Of a stretch of 64,000 nucleotides of DNA, positions 35,541 through 46,743 are shown piece by piece. Position 1 is the first letter of the stretch. Each line of letters opens with the position of its first letter. The notes below the pieces were generated by a model. It did not search any database and had not been told where the DNA came from. It saw nothing but the letters and a program-made list of their open reading frames with translations. The translations under genes and the position numbers were made by a program. The stretch is from Octopus sinensis (taxonomy: Eukaryota), in contig NC_043002.1 of assembly GCF_006345805.1 (NCBI RefSeq), positions 108,934,001 through 108,998,000 of the forward strand, written 5' to 3'.

Positions 35541-36272
35541 AGGATCTTTCCTTTTGAACGGCAGTTTTCAACACAATTTCTAGTTGACTAAACACTTTTA
35601 AACTTCGTATACTGGTAGAATGTGTCAAAATAAAACATTTTTTTCTCTTGGCTTTCTTGAGAAAATTGTAATTTGTAAGTTTAACGTAGTTTAATTTTTC
35701 GAATTTTAACCAATCCTATGTCCTCTATTGAGCTAAAATCATTTGCTGCATCTAAAACTGAGACAACATCCTGTCACTAACCCTCACCCTAACCCTAAAT
35801 TTTAGCCTTTCGTTTTTTTTTCTTAATTGTTACGTGTGTGTCTAAAATTATTCGTTTTGTTTTTGTTTTGAGTTTTTGCTTTCGTTTTAGCCTTTCGTTT
35901 TTTTATTCTTAATTGTTAAATTAAAATTATTTTCCATTGCTTTCGTTTTTTTTCTTAAATGTTATCCTTAAATTAATTTAACAATTAAGAAAAAAAAAAC
36001 GAAAGGCTAAAATTTAGGGAGAGGGTTAGAGTTAGTGACAGGATGTTGTCTCAGTTTTAGACGCAGCAAATTATTTTAGCTCAATAGAGGACATAGGATT
36101 GGTTAAAATTCGAAAAATGAAACTACGTTAAACTTACAAATTACAATTTTCTCAAGAAAGCCAAGAGAAAAAAATGTTTTATTTTGACACATTCTACCAG
36201 TATACGAAGTTTAAAAGTGTTTAGTTAACTAGAAATTGTGTTGAAAACTGCCTTTCAAAAGGAAAAGCTCCT
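35541..36272. mobile_element. Foldback element with inverted arms of about 290 bp
   Basis: 35541-35832 is the reverse complement of about 35978-36272 with few mismatches. The arms contain CCCTAA-like motifs. Confidence 0.85.
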
Positions 36273-36687
36273 ATATTTGTGTTTTGGTTTATGTCTATCA
36301 CTGTTTGAGTTGCATAATAGTGGTTTTATCTTTAATTTATATTATATATATATATATATAATTCACAATGGTTGTCAAAGTTGTTGGTGGATAATTTTCT
36401 ACCAAGTTAGCTATTAAACGTTGAAACTTTGTCCTTTATTTCATGACAGAAGGATGTAGCTTACGGGAAATTTGCCCGCTATTTACCACCAAGCGACCAC
36501 GTTCGGGCTCCCGCGATGGCTAATGAGTTTCTAGTAGTCAATTGTAATGCTTAAAACTACATTTTTCAACGAAAAACAAAAATAAACTTCACAAAAATTG
36601 CAAGTGGTAATATTGCCAATATATTTGACAACAGCTTATGACAGTGTCCATTCTGGCTAGTCTTATTTTGACATTAAATTTACTTAC

Positions 36688-36800
36688 TTTGTGACAGATA
36701 ATTTTCGCGAAGAGAGCTCGTGTCATCAAACAGGATAAGTCAAGTTTCGTATCCGTAGTAAACAAATCACCTTGGAAACGAAAAGGCTGCGCATGCATTA
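36688..36800 (-). promoter_or_regulatory. Probable DZANK1 promoter and non-coding first exon with an RFX X-box-like site
   Basis: Locally CpG-rich unique DNA. Minus-strand donor AAA|GTAAGT at 36688/36687. X-box-like GTTTCCAAGGTGAT at 36779-36766. NRF1-like TGCGCATGCA at about 36788-36797. Coding exon 1 begins with an acceptor, so an upstream exon is required. Confidence 0.5.
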
Positions 36801-36950
36801 TTGACTTTAACTGCAGAACATGTGCCAGTTTATACAATAGGACCTGAAACGAATATATCGCGTGTGGGGGGGGGGTACGTGAAACAAATGGTAATTTTCT
36901 GACCGGCCATAAGACAAATGATTGAAAAATCACACACACACACACGCACA

Positions 36951-37036
<86 letters not shown>

Positions 37037-37114
37037 CATATACACACACATATATATAAACACACACATACACACACACATATATATAAACACACACATA
37101 CACACACACACATA

Positions 37115-37385
37115 CTTATTCTGTCAGACTCTTTGCCGAACTGCGCTAAGTTACAGGGACGTAATCACACTAACACCAGTTGTCGAGCGGTGGTGGTGGA
37201 CAAACAGAGACACAAAGACACACACGCGCATATACACGACGGGTTTCTTTCAACTTCCGTCGACCAGATCCACTCACAAGGCTTTGGTCAGCCTGAAGTT
37301 ATAGGAGCCACTTACCCAAGGTGTCACGCAGTGGGACTGAACCCAGAATTATATGTTTGGGAAGCAAGCCTCCACACAGCCATGG
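37115..37385 (-). mobile_element. SINE family A, degenerate
   Basis: Partial homology. Confidence 0.75.
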
Positions 37386-37665
37386 CATGTGTGTGTGTGT
37401 GTGTGTGTGTAAAATTGTGTGCTTATTGCTGTCACCGACTGATTAGGATTGGTTGTTCAACCACGTTGTAAGGTTGATTGATTGATTGATTAATGATCAT
37501 TTAATGTCCATGTTCCATGCTGGTTATGGCTGGTTGGTTTAGTAGGATCCGATGTGTCCATGGCTTACATCAAGCTCCAATATCTGCTTTGGTATGGTTT
37601 TTAAGGCTGGATGATCTTCCTAATGCCAACCGTTTTACAGCGTGGACTGGGTACTTTTTCATACC

Positions 37666-37905
37666 TATTTCTTTACTACCCACAAGGGGCTAAACACAGA
37701 GGGGGCAAACAAGGACAGACAGGCGGATTAAGTTGATTAGATCGACCCTTGTGTGTAACTGGTACTTAATTTATCAACCCCGAAAGGATGAAAGGCAAAG
37801 TCGACCTCGGCAGAATTTGAATTCAGAACGTAGCAGCAGATGAAATACTGCTAAGTATTTCGCCCGGCAAGCTGGCGTGCTAACGTTTCTGCCAGCTCGC
37901 CACCT
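37666..37905 (-). mobile_element. SINE family B
   Basis: Collinear with 62014-62247. Confidence 0.85.
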
Positions 37906-38234
37906 TAGCTACCCGCACTTTTTCATACCATCTGCACTGTTGAGGTCCCTATGCAGTTCGCAGAACTACAATCCCTGGAGGAGGCAAGGGGTTAGCTTCA
38001 TGCTTGGGACGAGGGGATTACTATGAGGAGGGCTGCAGAGAAGCTTCCCAAAAAGGGATCTGCATAGGTGCTCACATATAGAAGGGGGAAATGATGAGTA
38101 GGAGGTGCAAGACATGGATAATGGTGATAAGGTACCCAAGTGGTCCCACAAAGCACATGCTAAGTAGAAGTGGGTGGGTGGTTTGAAAGATTGTATGGGA
38201 AGGTGAATGAGGGATAGGGAGGCTGACTGACAAA

Positions 38235-39530
38235 CTGGGTAGGTGGTACCTGTGGAAGAGGGAGACCCAGGAAGACATGAGATGAAGTGGTAAGGACTGA
38301 ACTCAGGATGTTGGGCCCCATGGAGGAAATGACCATGGCCTGAGATGCCTAGCGATATGAGGTTCTTAAGAAGACCCACCCACATCAGTGAAACTGAGTT
38401 CTAGAAGTGCTGTGTGTCCCACCAACACATATAACAAGAAAACTTCTCACACACTCAACCACAATGAACCAAACTACATCTCTTCTCTTCCTCACAGTAC
38501 TGCTTTATACACTAGGCTCACCTCCCACTCCCCAATCCTGTCCTCTTGGCCCTGTCCCATTGTATCATTGCTCTCTGCTAGCCCCAGACCTGTGTGTTCT
38601 ACCCACACGCTCTGTCTTACTGCTTCATTTTTATCTGCTAGCCCCCCGACTTGTGTGTTCCACCCACACATAAGAAAACTTTTCACACACCATACCCCAA
38701 CAAACCAATCTACATCTCTTCTCTTCCTCACATTTCCTTCTTCACACACTATACCTACCTCTCACTCCTGAATCCTGTTCTTGCCCCACCCTCCGCACTC
38801 TCTAATCACGCTTTCTCGCAAAATCCTGCCATTTATATTATGATGTTTTGAACCTCAAGGGGCATGCCCTGGTACTTGCCACCATCTATATCTCTCTCTT
38901 CTTTCACTCAACCATCCCATTTATATTCTGATCCCCGTCCCTTGTGAGTATGCCCGACACTTTGCAACCATCCCACACTCTCTCTCTCCTTCCACTATAC
39001 TTCCCTCAGGCTGGGTAACCATGTATTTTCTTTGCAGTAGTGCACTTGTTTCTGTCTTCATCCCTAATCTCTCTACCCACCCTGGCTGGGTAACCTAGTA
39101 CTTCCTCTACAGCAAGACACTTGTTTCTGTCTCTCTGCCTCAATATAATCTTTCATCAACTGACACAAGATCACCTCCTCCAATACCCCTCCCCTCTCAA
39201 AAGGTTTTTTGTGTTGCAAGTACTTGGTGACCCTGTCACTGCAGGTGCCACTTAAAAGCACCCAGTCCACACTGTAAAGTGGTTGGCGTTTGGAAGGGCT
39301 TCCAGCTATAAAAACCATGCCAAAACTAACCTCGCCTGTGCTTGTGCCACGTAAAAAGCACTAGACCACTCTGCTGAGTGGTTGGTGTAAGGAAGGGCAT
39401 CCAGCTGTAAAAATCCTACCAAACAGTCACAGATGTCTGGTGCAGGCTTCTGCTTGGCTGACTCCTGTCAGACCGTCCCACCCATGCCAGCATGGAAGGC
39501 GGATGTTAAGAGATGAATAATGATAATAAT
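38235..39530 (+). mobile_element. RTE 3' fragment with a long 3' UTR
   Basis: GGTCGRGRPRKT*DEVVRTELRMLG remnant and the shared tail ending CATGGAAGGCGGATGTTAAG. Confidence 0.7.
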
Positions 39531-39639
39531 AATAATAAAAATAATAATATAATAATAATAATAATAATAATAACGAATATATAATGATTACTGTATTAAT
39601 AATACACATAGCAGTAACATGAATAATGCTATTAATGAC

Positions 39640-40080
39640 TAATTTAATTTTAAGGAAAAGAAACAGTGTAATTTTAGAAATGAAGCTGCATGTCCTCTGA
39701 GAAATGAATGTCTCCAAAAAAACATCGTATACAGTTGCACTATCTAGACTCAAGCAGAAGAATTCGCATATGTAGGTGTATCTTCTAGTTCCTTCAAAAA
39801 TCGATGGCGTAATTACGTTCATCATTTCAGAATAAAGACAATAGACACAACACATCCCTTGCCAAACTAATATGGAGTCTGGCGGAAAAGAAGATACAAC
39901 ATAACCTGGTCAATGATAAAAACTGCGTACCCGTACAATACGAACTCCAGAATATGCATTCTTTGCTTAGAAGAGACCCTGTATATATTATTATACAAGG
40001 AAGAATTAATTAACAGGTATTCGGAGATCATTGTAAGATGTAATGAGAAAATATTTTTATAAATTCGATAGAGAACGTCT
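39640..40080 (+). mobile_element. Penelope-like GIY-YIG endonuclease remnant
   Basis: Translates across a stop and frameshifts to CNF...CPL.NECL.KNIVY.C...YVG....FK.RW.N...TSLAKLIW.L...ITWS.I..A.PY....ICILCLEE...LINR.SE. Confidence 0.8.
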
Positions 40081-41144
40081 AATTGGTTTATTAATATAAG
40101 TGAATATTTTCAATGATACAACCATCCATAAAAAGGAGTGCATATATATACCCCTGTATTTCTGTATGGTTATGAGTATGTAAATGTATGCATATATGTA
40201 TATATATATATATCTGTGAATGTCTGCATTTACTGTATCATTTTATAACTACACGATAATTTTTAAACTACATGATAGTTGATATACATTATTGATTTCC
40301 TTTTTAATAAAAATATATGTGTGTGTGTTTATGTGTTGGAAATGGATTTCTTATTCCTTTATCATTCTAAATCATTTTAACTATTCGTTTGACTTATGAG
40401 TTTATTACTTCAGCAGGAAATACACATTATGGAAGAGAGAGAGACAGACAGACAGAGACAGAAATAGAGACGGAGAGACAGAGAGAGAGACGGATAGACA
40501 GAGAAAGAGACAGTGAGAAGGGAGAGAGAGACAGAGAGAGGGGTAGAGAGAGAGAAAGAGAGAGAGAAAGAGAGGGAAAACCTGATAATTGTCTTTACAA
40601 GTATGGACAGCTTGTAAATCAGTTGTAAAGCATTAATAATTGAATTGGTGTAAGAAAAAAATACCCCGCATCAAATTACAAAGTGAATCCTGAGCTGTTG
40701 CGGTCAGCCAACTTAATGACCTTAGGGGAGACTCTGGCTATAAGGAATATACAATTCTACAGGTATAACAATAAGGTATCTTACATAGCTTATCTGTCCA
40801 TTTTTGTATTTCTTCCTCTTTTTTCTTTCTTTATTTACTTACTTTTTTCCATTCATTCTTTTGCTCTCTTTATTTAAATAATTGACGGGTTAATTTGAAT
40901 TTGTGGTTTACGACACATTTGCTTTTTGTCTTTTGTCGAGTTTTTTTGTTTTTTTAGTTATAATATGCTAATGAAATGGTTATTACAACATTAATGAGAG
41001 ATTCTGTAGAATAAAAGATTAGTTCAGCAAACTGCTTTATATATGTACCCAGGGCATTGACATTCACTAAAATTGCTAAAATAATATTGACATGGATTAT
41101 CCTTTTGTATATCATAGAATAATATTCCAGCAATAATTAAAGCT

Positions 41145-41636
41145 GCAAGCTGGCAGAATCGTTAGCACGCCAGGCAAAAAATACTTTACATTCTGAGTTC
41201 AAATTCCGCCGAGGTCAACTTTACCTTTCATCCTTTCGGGGTCAATAAAATAAGTACCAGTTGAGCTTTGGGGGTCGATGTAATCGACTTACTGACGAAA
41301 TTGTTGGCCTTATGTCAAAATTTGAAACCAATATTCCAGTAACAAGGCGTCAATGAAACAATTGTAATACTATGCAATAAAATATGTTGCTCACTCTGTT
41401 CTCTTTGTTAATGTGAGTGTGTAAGGCGGCAAGCAAGCAAAGCTGTTAGCATGCCGGGCAAAATGCTTAGCGGCTTATCGTCCATCTTTACGTTCTGAGT
41501 TCAAATTCCACTGAGGTCAACTTTGCCTTTCATCATTTTAGGGTCGATAAATTAAGTACTAATTTTGAGCACTGGGGTCCATGTAATCGACTTACCCCTG
41601 CCTCCAAATTGCTGGCATTGTACCAAAATTTGAAAC
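41145..41636 (+). mobile_element. Two tandem SINE family B-type copies (about 41145-41330 and 41425-41636)
   Basis: GCAAGCTGGCAGAATCGTTAGC...GAGTTCAAATTCC...CCTTTCATCC...AAGTACC blocks. Confidence 0.8.
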
Positions 41637-41829
41637 CAGTGTGCGTGTGTACATGTGCACCTAACTGTTTGTTCTCTTATCTCCAAATGATAAGCCTGTC
41701 CTTTTCTTTAATGGCATATCAACTTTGGAGAGTTCTTGAATTTTGAGATTATTTCCCCTTCTCATTTGTAGCTGGTCTTAATCGCCATTTGGCAATTATG
41801 ATACATCATCTACAGGCAGAAAGAAATTT

Positions 41830-43520
41830 AATAAACCCGGGGCCCCCTGACCACAAGGACGATGACTGAGGAAGTTGGTCGTATGGGCCTTAACCTTAAC
41901 AGTTCCAAATATGAGATCTGGCTCCTCAACCATCCAGCTTCCCTTCTATCATGGTTCCTCCTTCATCAGTGTGGTGTTCTTTTCAATCCCCAATTTCTAA
42001 CCGAACTTTCAAATTCATTTTTCAATACAAGATGGCTAACCTCGAGTAACTTTTAAAATATCTTGTGGTAATTGACACCCACCAAGGTTTTTTAATACTT
42101 AGGAATTGTCGATTCCTTAGTTATTGTACTTTCTCAGAGTTAGTCCCTCTTATAGATTCTTGTTGCCTCTCCAATGCTTTGACAACCTAATCTTCAGGAA
42201 ACTCGAATGCTTGGTCAATGCCAAACTCTCCCCAAAGTCCAGTGACCAGCTGCTTTGCCCAACCGGTTTGGGGATCAAGGTCCGCACAAATGTTTGTCTC
42301 TATCTCTTTCCTGTTTTCTCTCTTCCATTTACGCTTGCTCTCCCTTTGTAGGCAACACCCTCTCCTCTCCCACAGGGAAATGAATGAAGCTCAGTTACAG
42401 TGGAGAGAGCTGGGTTTGTCAGTTCCTGTTACGGTTGAAGATAAATGGAAGCAGAGAGTATGGAACAATCTGCGTTCAGGTGCCAATTTCAACTCTGTCT
42501 CTTTGATCAATCTGATCAATTTTCTAGGTGTCGCCTACTTTCTAGTAGTGCAAAATTCTCGGGGAACTGGATTGATGCCATGCCTGTGGCCAACATTGGG
42601 GTGGGGTGGGGGTCTAATCAGTCTAGATGAACTCCGCATCTCCATCGCATTGAGAGTGGGAGCTGATATTTGTAGGGAACTGAGATGTTGCTGTGGTAGA
42701 CCCTCTCGATTCCACACGTCTTCACGGTCTGTCTTGCCGCCTAAATACTAGCGGTTTCACTCATCATACCAAGCTAAACTTAATCATTAAGGCGGTCTTA
42801 GCTTGGATTAATATCATCTCAATTCTAGAGCCTGTGGGATTATCCAGAATTGGTGGAAAGAGACCAGTTGGTCTTACTCTCTGTCCCTAGGTTCATCTTA
42901 TAGATTCTTCATATATATATATATATTGGAAACTACCACCTGTGTCATCTCTTGTGAAAGGTAAGAGAGTCCAGTTTGCTGGACATTGTTGTAGAGCTGA
43001 AAAAGAGGTAATTTCTACTCTTCTCCTCTGGAAGCCATCTACTCGCATTACCAGAGGGCGCACACTCTCCTACTCTGATGTAATCTCCAGGGATACAAGC
43101 ATCCAGCAACAGGACCTCCGTAATGCCATGATGGACCGTGAAGTCTGGCGTAGCATGGTAAATTCCAATGTCTCGACCACGGTCGAACAATGATGATGAT
43201 GATGAGATTCTTCATCTGGGACGCCACAGTTTGTGATTCTTTTGCTCTCTCCAGCATCCTGGATGTTGCGGTAAATGGGGGCATCACTGCTTCCATAGCC
43301 GAACGGAACAAAACCCTGAAGTATTGGGACCTGGTAGTAAACTGTCTCTTCCAGCCTGTGGCGTTTGAGATGTTCAGAGGGACTGGACCGCTAACGGTGA
43401 AGTTCTCGTCATCATCAGCTGTTCGCCTTACCGAGGTGTCAGGTGATACCCGTAAGAGCGCTTAGCTTTTCCAACGCCTTAGCCACGCCATCGCCCATGG
43501 TAATGTCGTGGCTAAGGCGT
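41830..43520 (+). mobile_element. Degenerate CRE-like non-LTR retrotransposon (RT C-terminus plus restriction-like endonuclease), split by the RTE insert
   Basis: GLNLNSSKYE (RT), LRISIALRVG..C, HGLSC...HH.KLN, LEPVGLSR.GGKRP, then after the insert IWDATVCD, K.LKY, FQPVAFE and FQRLS.AI..GN. Confidence 0.75.
42913..43204 (+). mobile_element. RTE-clade 3' fragment (a third family) with an 11-bp TSD
   Basis: RVQFAGHCCR..EVIS.LLLWKP...AMMDREVWR, a (GAT)n tail and TSD AGATTCTTCAT at 42902-42912 and 43205-43215. Confidence 0.88.
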
Positions 43521-43829
43521 TGGAAAGTAGGTTCCGTTGACCCTTGTGGTGTGCGACCAATTGAGGCACTTTGTGTTGCATTGGTGTTATTTCTTTCTCC
43601 TTTTTTTTTGTCTTTCTTTTGTAAAATATATTCCTTATCACAGAATTAATTATTTCAAATGCTGTAAGTCTAAGCACAAACATTCAATTAGCATCATACA
43701 ATTACTGACTGCATTAATAAGACCACGAAAATAAACGTCACTTAATGTTGTATGATATTTGATAGACCTGTATCTGTTGTTCAAAGATATGCTAATGACC
43801 ACTCCGAGTTATTTCTCTTTGATCATTTT

Positions 43830-43918
43830 GTTATACATACATACACGCATACATACATACATACACACACATACATACATACATACATACACACACACAT
43901 ACATACATACATACATAC

Positions 43919-43951
<33 letters not shown>

Positions 43952-44045
43952 ACATACATACACACATACATACATACATACACACATACATACATACATA
44001 CATACATACATACATAAGCATACGTTTACAAACATACACACACGT
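43830..44045. repeat. (CATA)n microsatellite
   Basis: Directly visible. Confidence 0.95.
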
Positions 44046-44219
44046 ATATGTAATGGAGCGGAGCGAGATCGAACAACCACCCGTCTACTAGTTTTAAAAT
44101 GGTTTTATTAGAAAAAAAAAAACACGCAGGCTCTATTGTATACATCCGGGTGCAATCACATGTTATTTCTTTATTCATCCGGGTGCAATCACATGAACAC
44201 TTTCCTCATAATTGAAAAC

Positions 44220-44400
44220 CTGCTTTTCTCCCCCCCCCCACCACCATCGGTTTCACGCCGCCACCACCACCGCCTCCGCCGCCGCCACTATCACAACTAA
44301 CGCCTCCGTTCCCGCTGCCGACTCCGTCGCTCCTATATAAATAATCGCGATTCGCTCCTCGCTCCCAGAATACTGTGCGTCTGAAGCTGAGATAACTTCA
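44220..44400 (+). promoter_or_regulatory. GC/CpG-rich promoter with TATA box for the plus-strand gene
   Basis: CCG/GCC-rich island and TATATAAAT at 44334-44342, about 95 bp upstream of the ATG. The sequence ttgttgtttcag at 44412-44423 could alternatively be a 5' UTR splice acceptor. Confidence 0.55.
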
Positions 44401-44435
44401 TTCCTCTCTGGTTGTTGTTTCAGTCGGAGTCGAAG

Positions 44436-44570
44436 ATGGAAACCAGACCAAAGAAGCAATGCTTCCTTTGGACTGCGTTTGCCCTGGCATTTCTAGTCCT
44501 CCTAAACGGTATTCAACTGTCCGAAGGAGGGGACCAAACGCAAAAGAAAGCAGCGAAGGGTCGTGTTGAG
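44436..44570 (+). CDS. First coding exon of a secreted/ER protein, selenoprotein M-like (METRPKKQCFLWTAFALAFLVLLNGIQLSEGGDQTQKKAAKGRVE)
   Basis: Good Kozak context (gaagATGG), hydrophobic signal peptide, donor GAG|GTAAGT in phase 0. The ending GRVE resembles SELENOM (A/S)R(V/I)E just before the CxxU motif. The exon is well supported, but the SELENOM identity is tentative because no CxxU exon was found. Confidence 0.6.
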
Positions 44571-46254
44571 GTAAGTTCCACTCTTCATTTATACATATTA
44601 AATATACAACATCTTAATTTTGAATGTTACATTCTCCTTATCTCGCATTTAGTTTCGTAATAAATAACAACTATTTTATTTTTTTGTACATATAAAAAGA
44701 AACTGACAAACACGAACCAATTAGGTGTGTGATTAGTCTTTACCAACACCTTTCAGGTTACAGGAGCCGCTACATAGTCGCTCGACCGGCTAGAAGTAAC
44801 GGCCTGATCTCACTAAAATCCCACCCAATCATTTGAAATAAGGTAAAAATATATATATTTGAGATTTATAATTCTACATACCCCTTAGAAAGACGGGATG
44901 GGTAAGTCAGGTATTGTTTTCAGCTTAGGGTTGTCCGATCAAAGTTCACCTATAGCTAAATAACCACAGCAACATGCTATTTCCTTACTTGAAGGGGGTT
45001 TTTTCTCTAGAAATTTGGTCTCGTGAGCAGCATCTGGAACATATTCTGGTAAAATGGAAGAGTTAGAATTATTAGGAACGATACAGACAAAAGTAAAGTA
45101 GCAAAACAGCTGTCGTCTATGACGCGATTTATCGTTTTCTCATCTCCCATCTCCCAGATCGTTTCAATTCAATTAGTATTAAGAACTAATTAAACGGTTA
45201 ATGCTTTATGCTTTAAATATAGTTTATTGAAATAGTCCAGACATAATCACAATGTACCCTGGTACGGGGAAACCCCTCATTAGATCCCCATTTCTTACTG
45301 CTATCTACGTAAACCCAGGAATATATCATCTTCAGTTTTATGAACCAATTTTTCTTTTTTGGGGGTCTTCCTTGTTCATATTGTTGTTTAGCCCCAGTTG
45401 AGATGTCATTATGCAAACTTATGACCAAAAGCGTTCCATTTGTGACAATCCAACTGTTTACAGGTATTCTATATCCCGGACTACATTATCCAATGTTTTT
45501 TTACCTTTAAAAAATAAATAATAAATACGGTGTGGTTTGAGGTAGATTTAACTGCTATTTCTTGCAGATCGAGCTGTTGTCTGATTGAGCGGTTCTTATA
45601 ATTAAAGGCATTCCAGTTATGATCATTCCGCTTTTTTTTTTCATTCAGACATTGTGTACCTCCCACCTTCACACTCTCGGAATTATACGATATATATATA
45701 TATATATACCCAAATAACAAGAACAGCTTTGGGGGTCTCACTTCCTTCATATACATGCATCAGCTGGATCAAGGAAGTAACTATTTTTCGCCCCAGGTCG
45801 GCCTTCTCCGCTCAAGAAAGACTTTGACTAGACACGTTCCAACTAGTCATGTACTTCTTCTGAGCACTGTGGATCTAGAACTACATTATCTGAAGTAGCT
45901 TTCAATTAACAAAAAGAAAAAATGTGGTGTATAATTTGAGAGAGATTTAGCTGTTAGCTCTCATAGGTCGAACAATCACATAAACTTCCTCTCGTTGTAT
46001 ATGTTACATATAATGGAATTATAAATAGAAAGATAGGCGCGCGTACACACACAATGAATAAGCACGTATATTGAATATGTGTTTCTTTACAAACACTATT
46101 TTTCCAATAGATCGAGTCTTTTAAAAAAATTTTATTATCGACAAAGCACTACAGGATATATAAACAGTATTAGTTTTGTCCTGTCTGATTGATATATTCA
46201 ATAAAAATCGATTTCCTATTCTTACACAGACACACACGTGCGTGGGCACATATA

Positions 46255-46255
46255 C

Positions 46256-46301
<46 letters not shown>

Positions 46302-46743
46302 ATAATGTGTGTGTGTGTGTATAATGTGTGTGTGTATACTGTGTGTGTGTGTGTGTATACTATGTATGTATATGTGTATATACATACATGCATATGTATA
46401 TATATGTATGTATGTATATACATATATGTATGTATGTATATGTATCTATATACATACATGCATATGTATGTATGTATGTATATGTATCTATATACATACA
46501 TGCATATGTATGTATGTATGTATATGTATCTATATACATACATGCATATGTATGTATGTATGTATATGTATCTATATACATACATGCATATGTATGTATG
46601 TATGTATATGTATCTATATACATACGTGCATATGTATGTATATATATGTATTATATACATACATTCATGTATATATATGTATTATATTCATACATTCATG
46701 TATATATATGTATATACATACATGCATATGTATATATATATAT
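46255..46743. repeat. TA/TG/TATG compound microsatellite with a 42-bp higher-order unit
   Basis: Unit TATACATACATGCATATGTATGTATGTATGTATATGTATCTA repeated about 5 times. Confidence 0.93.

Noticed and set aside
35777-35798. Interstitial telomere
   Set aside because: Only 2-3 imperfect CCCTAA units, mirrored in the opposite arm of a foldback element.
46176-46743. N-terminal 190 aa of the 538-aa ORF as part of the RT protein
   Set aside because: Microsatellite read-through that happens to be in frame. The element starts at 46744.
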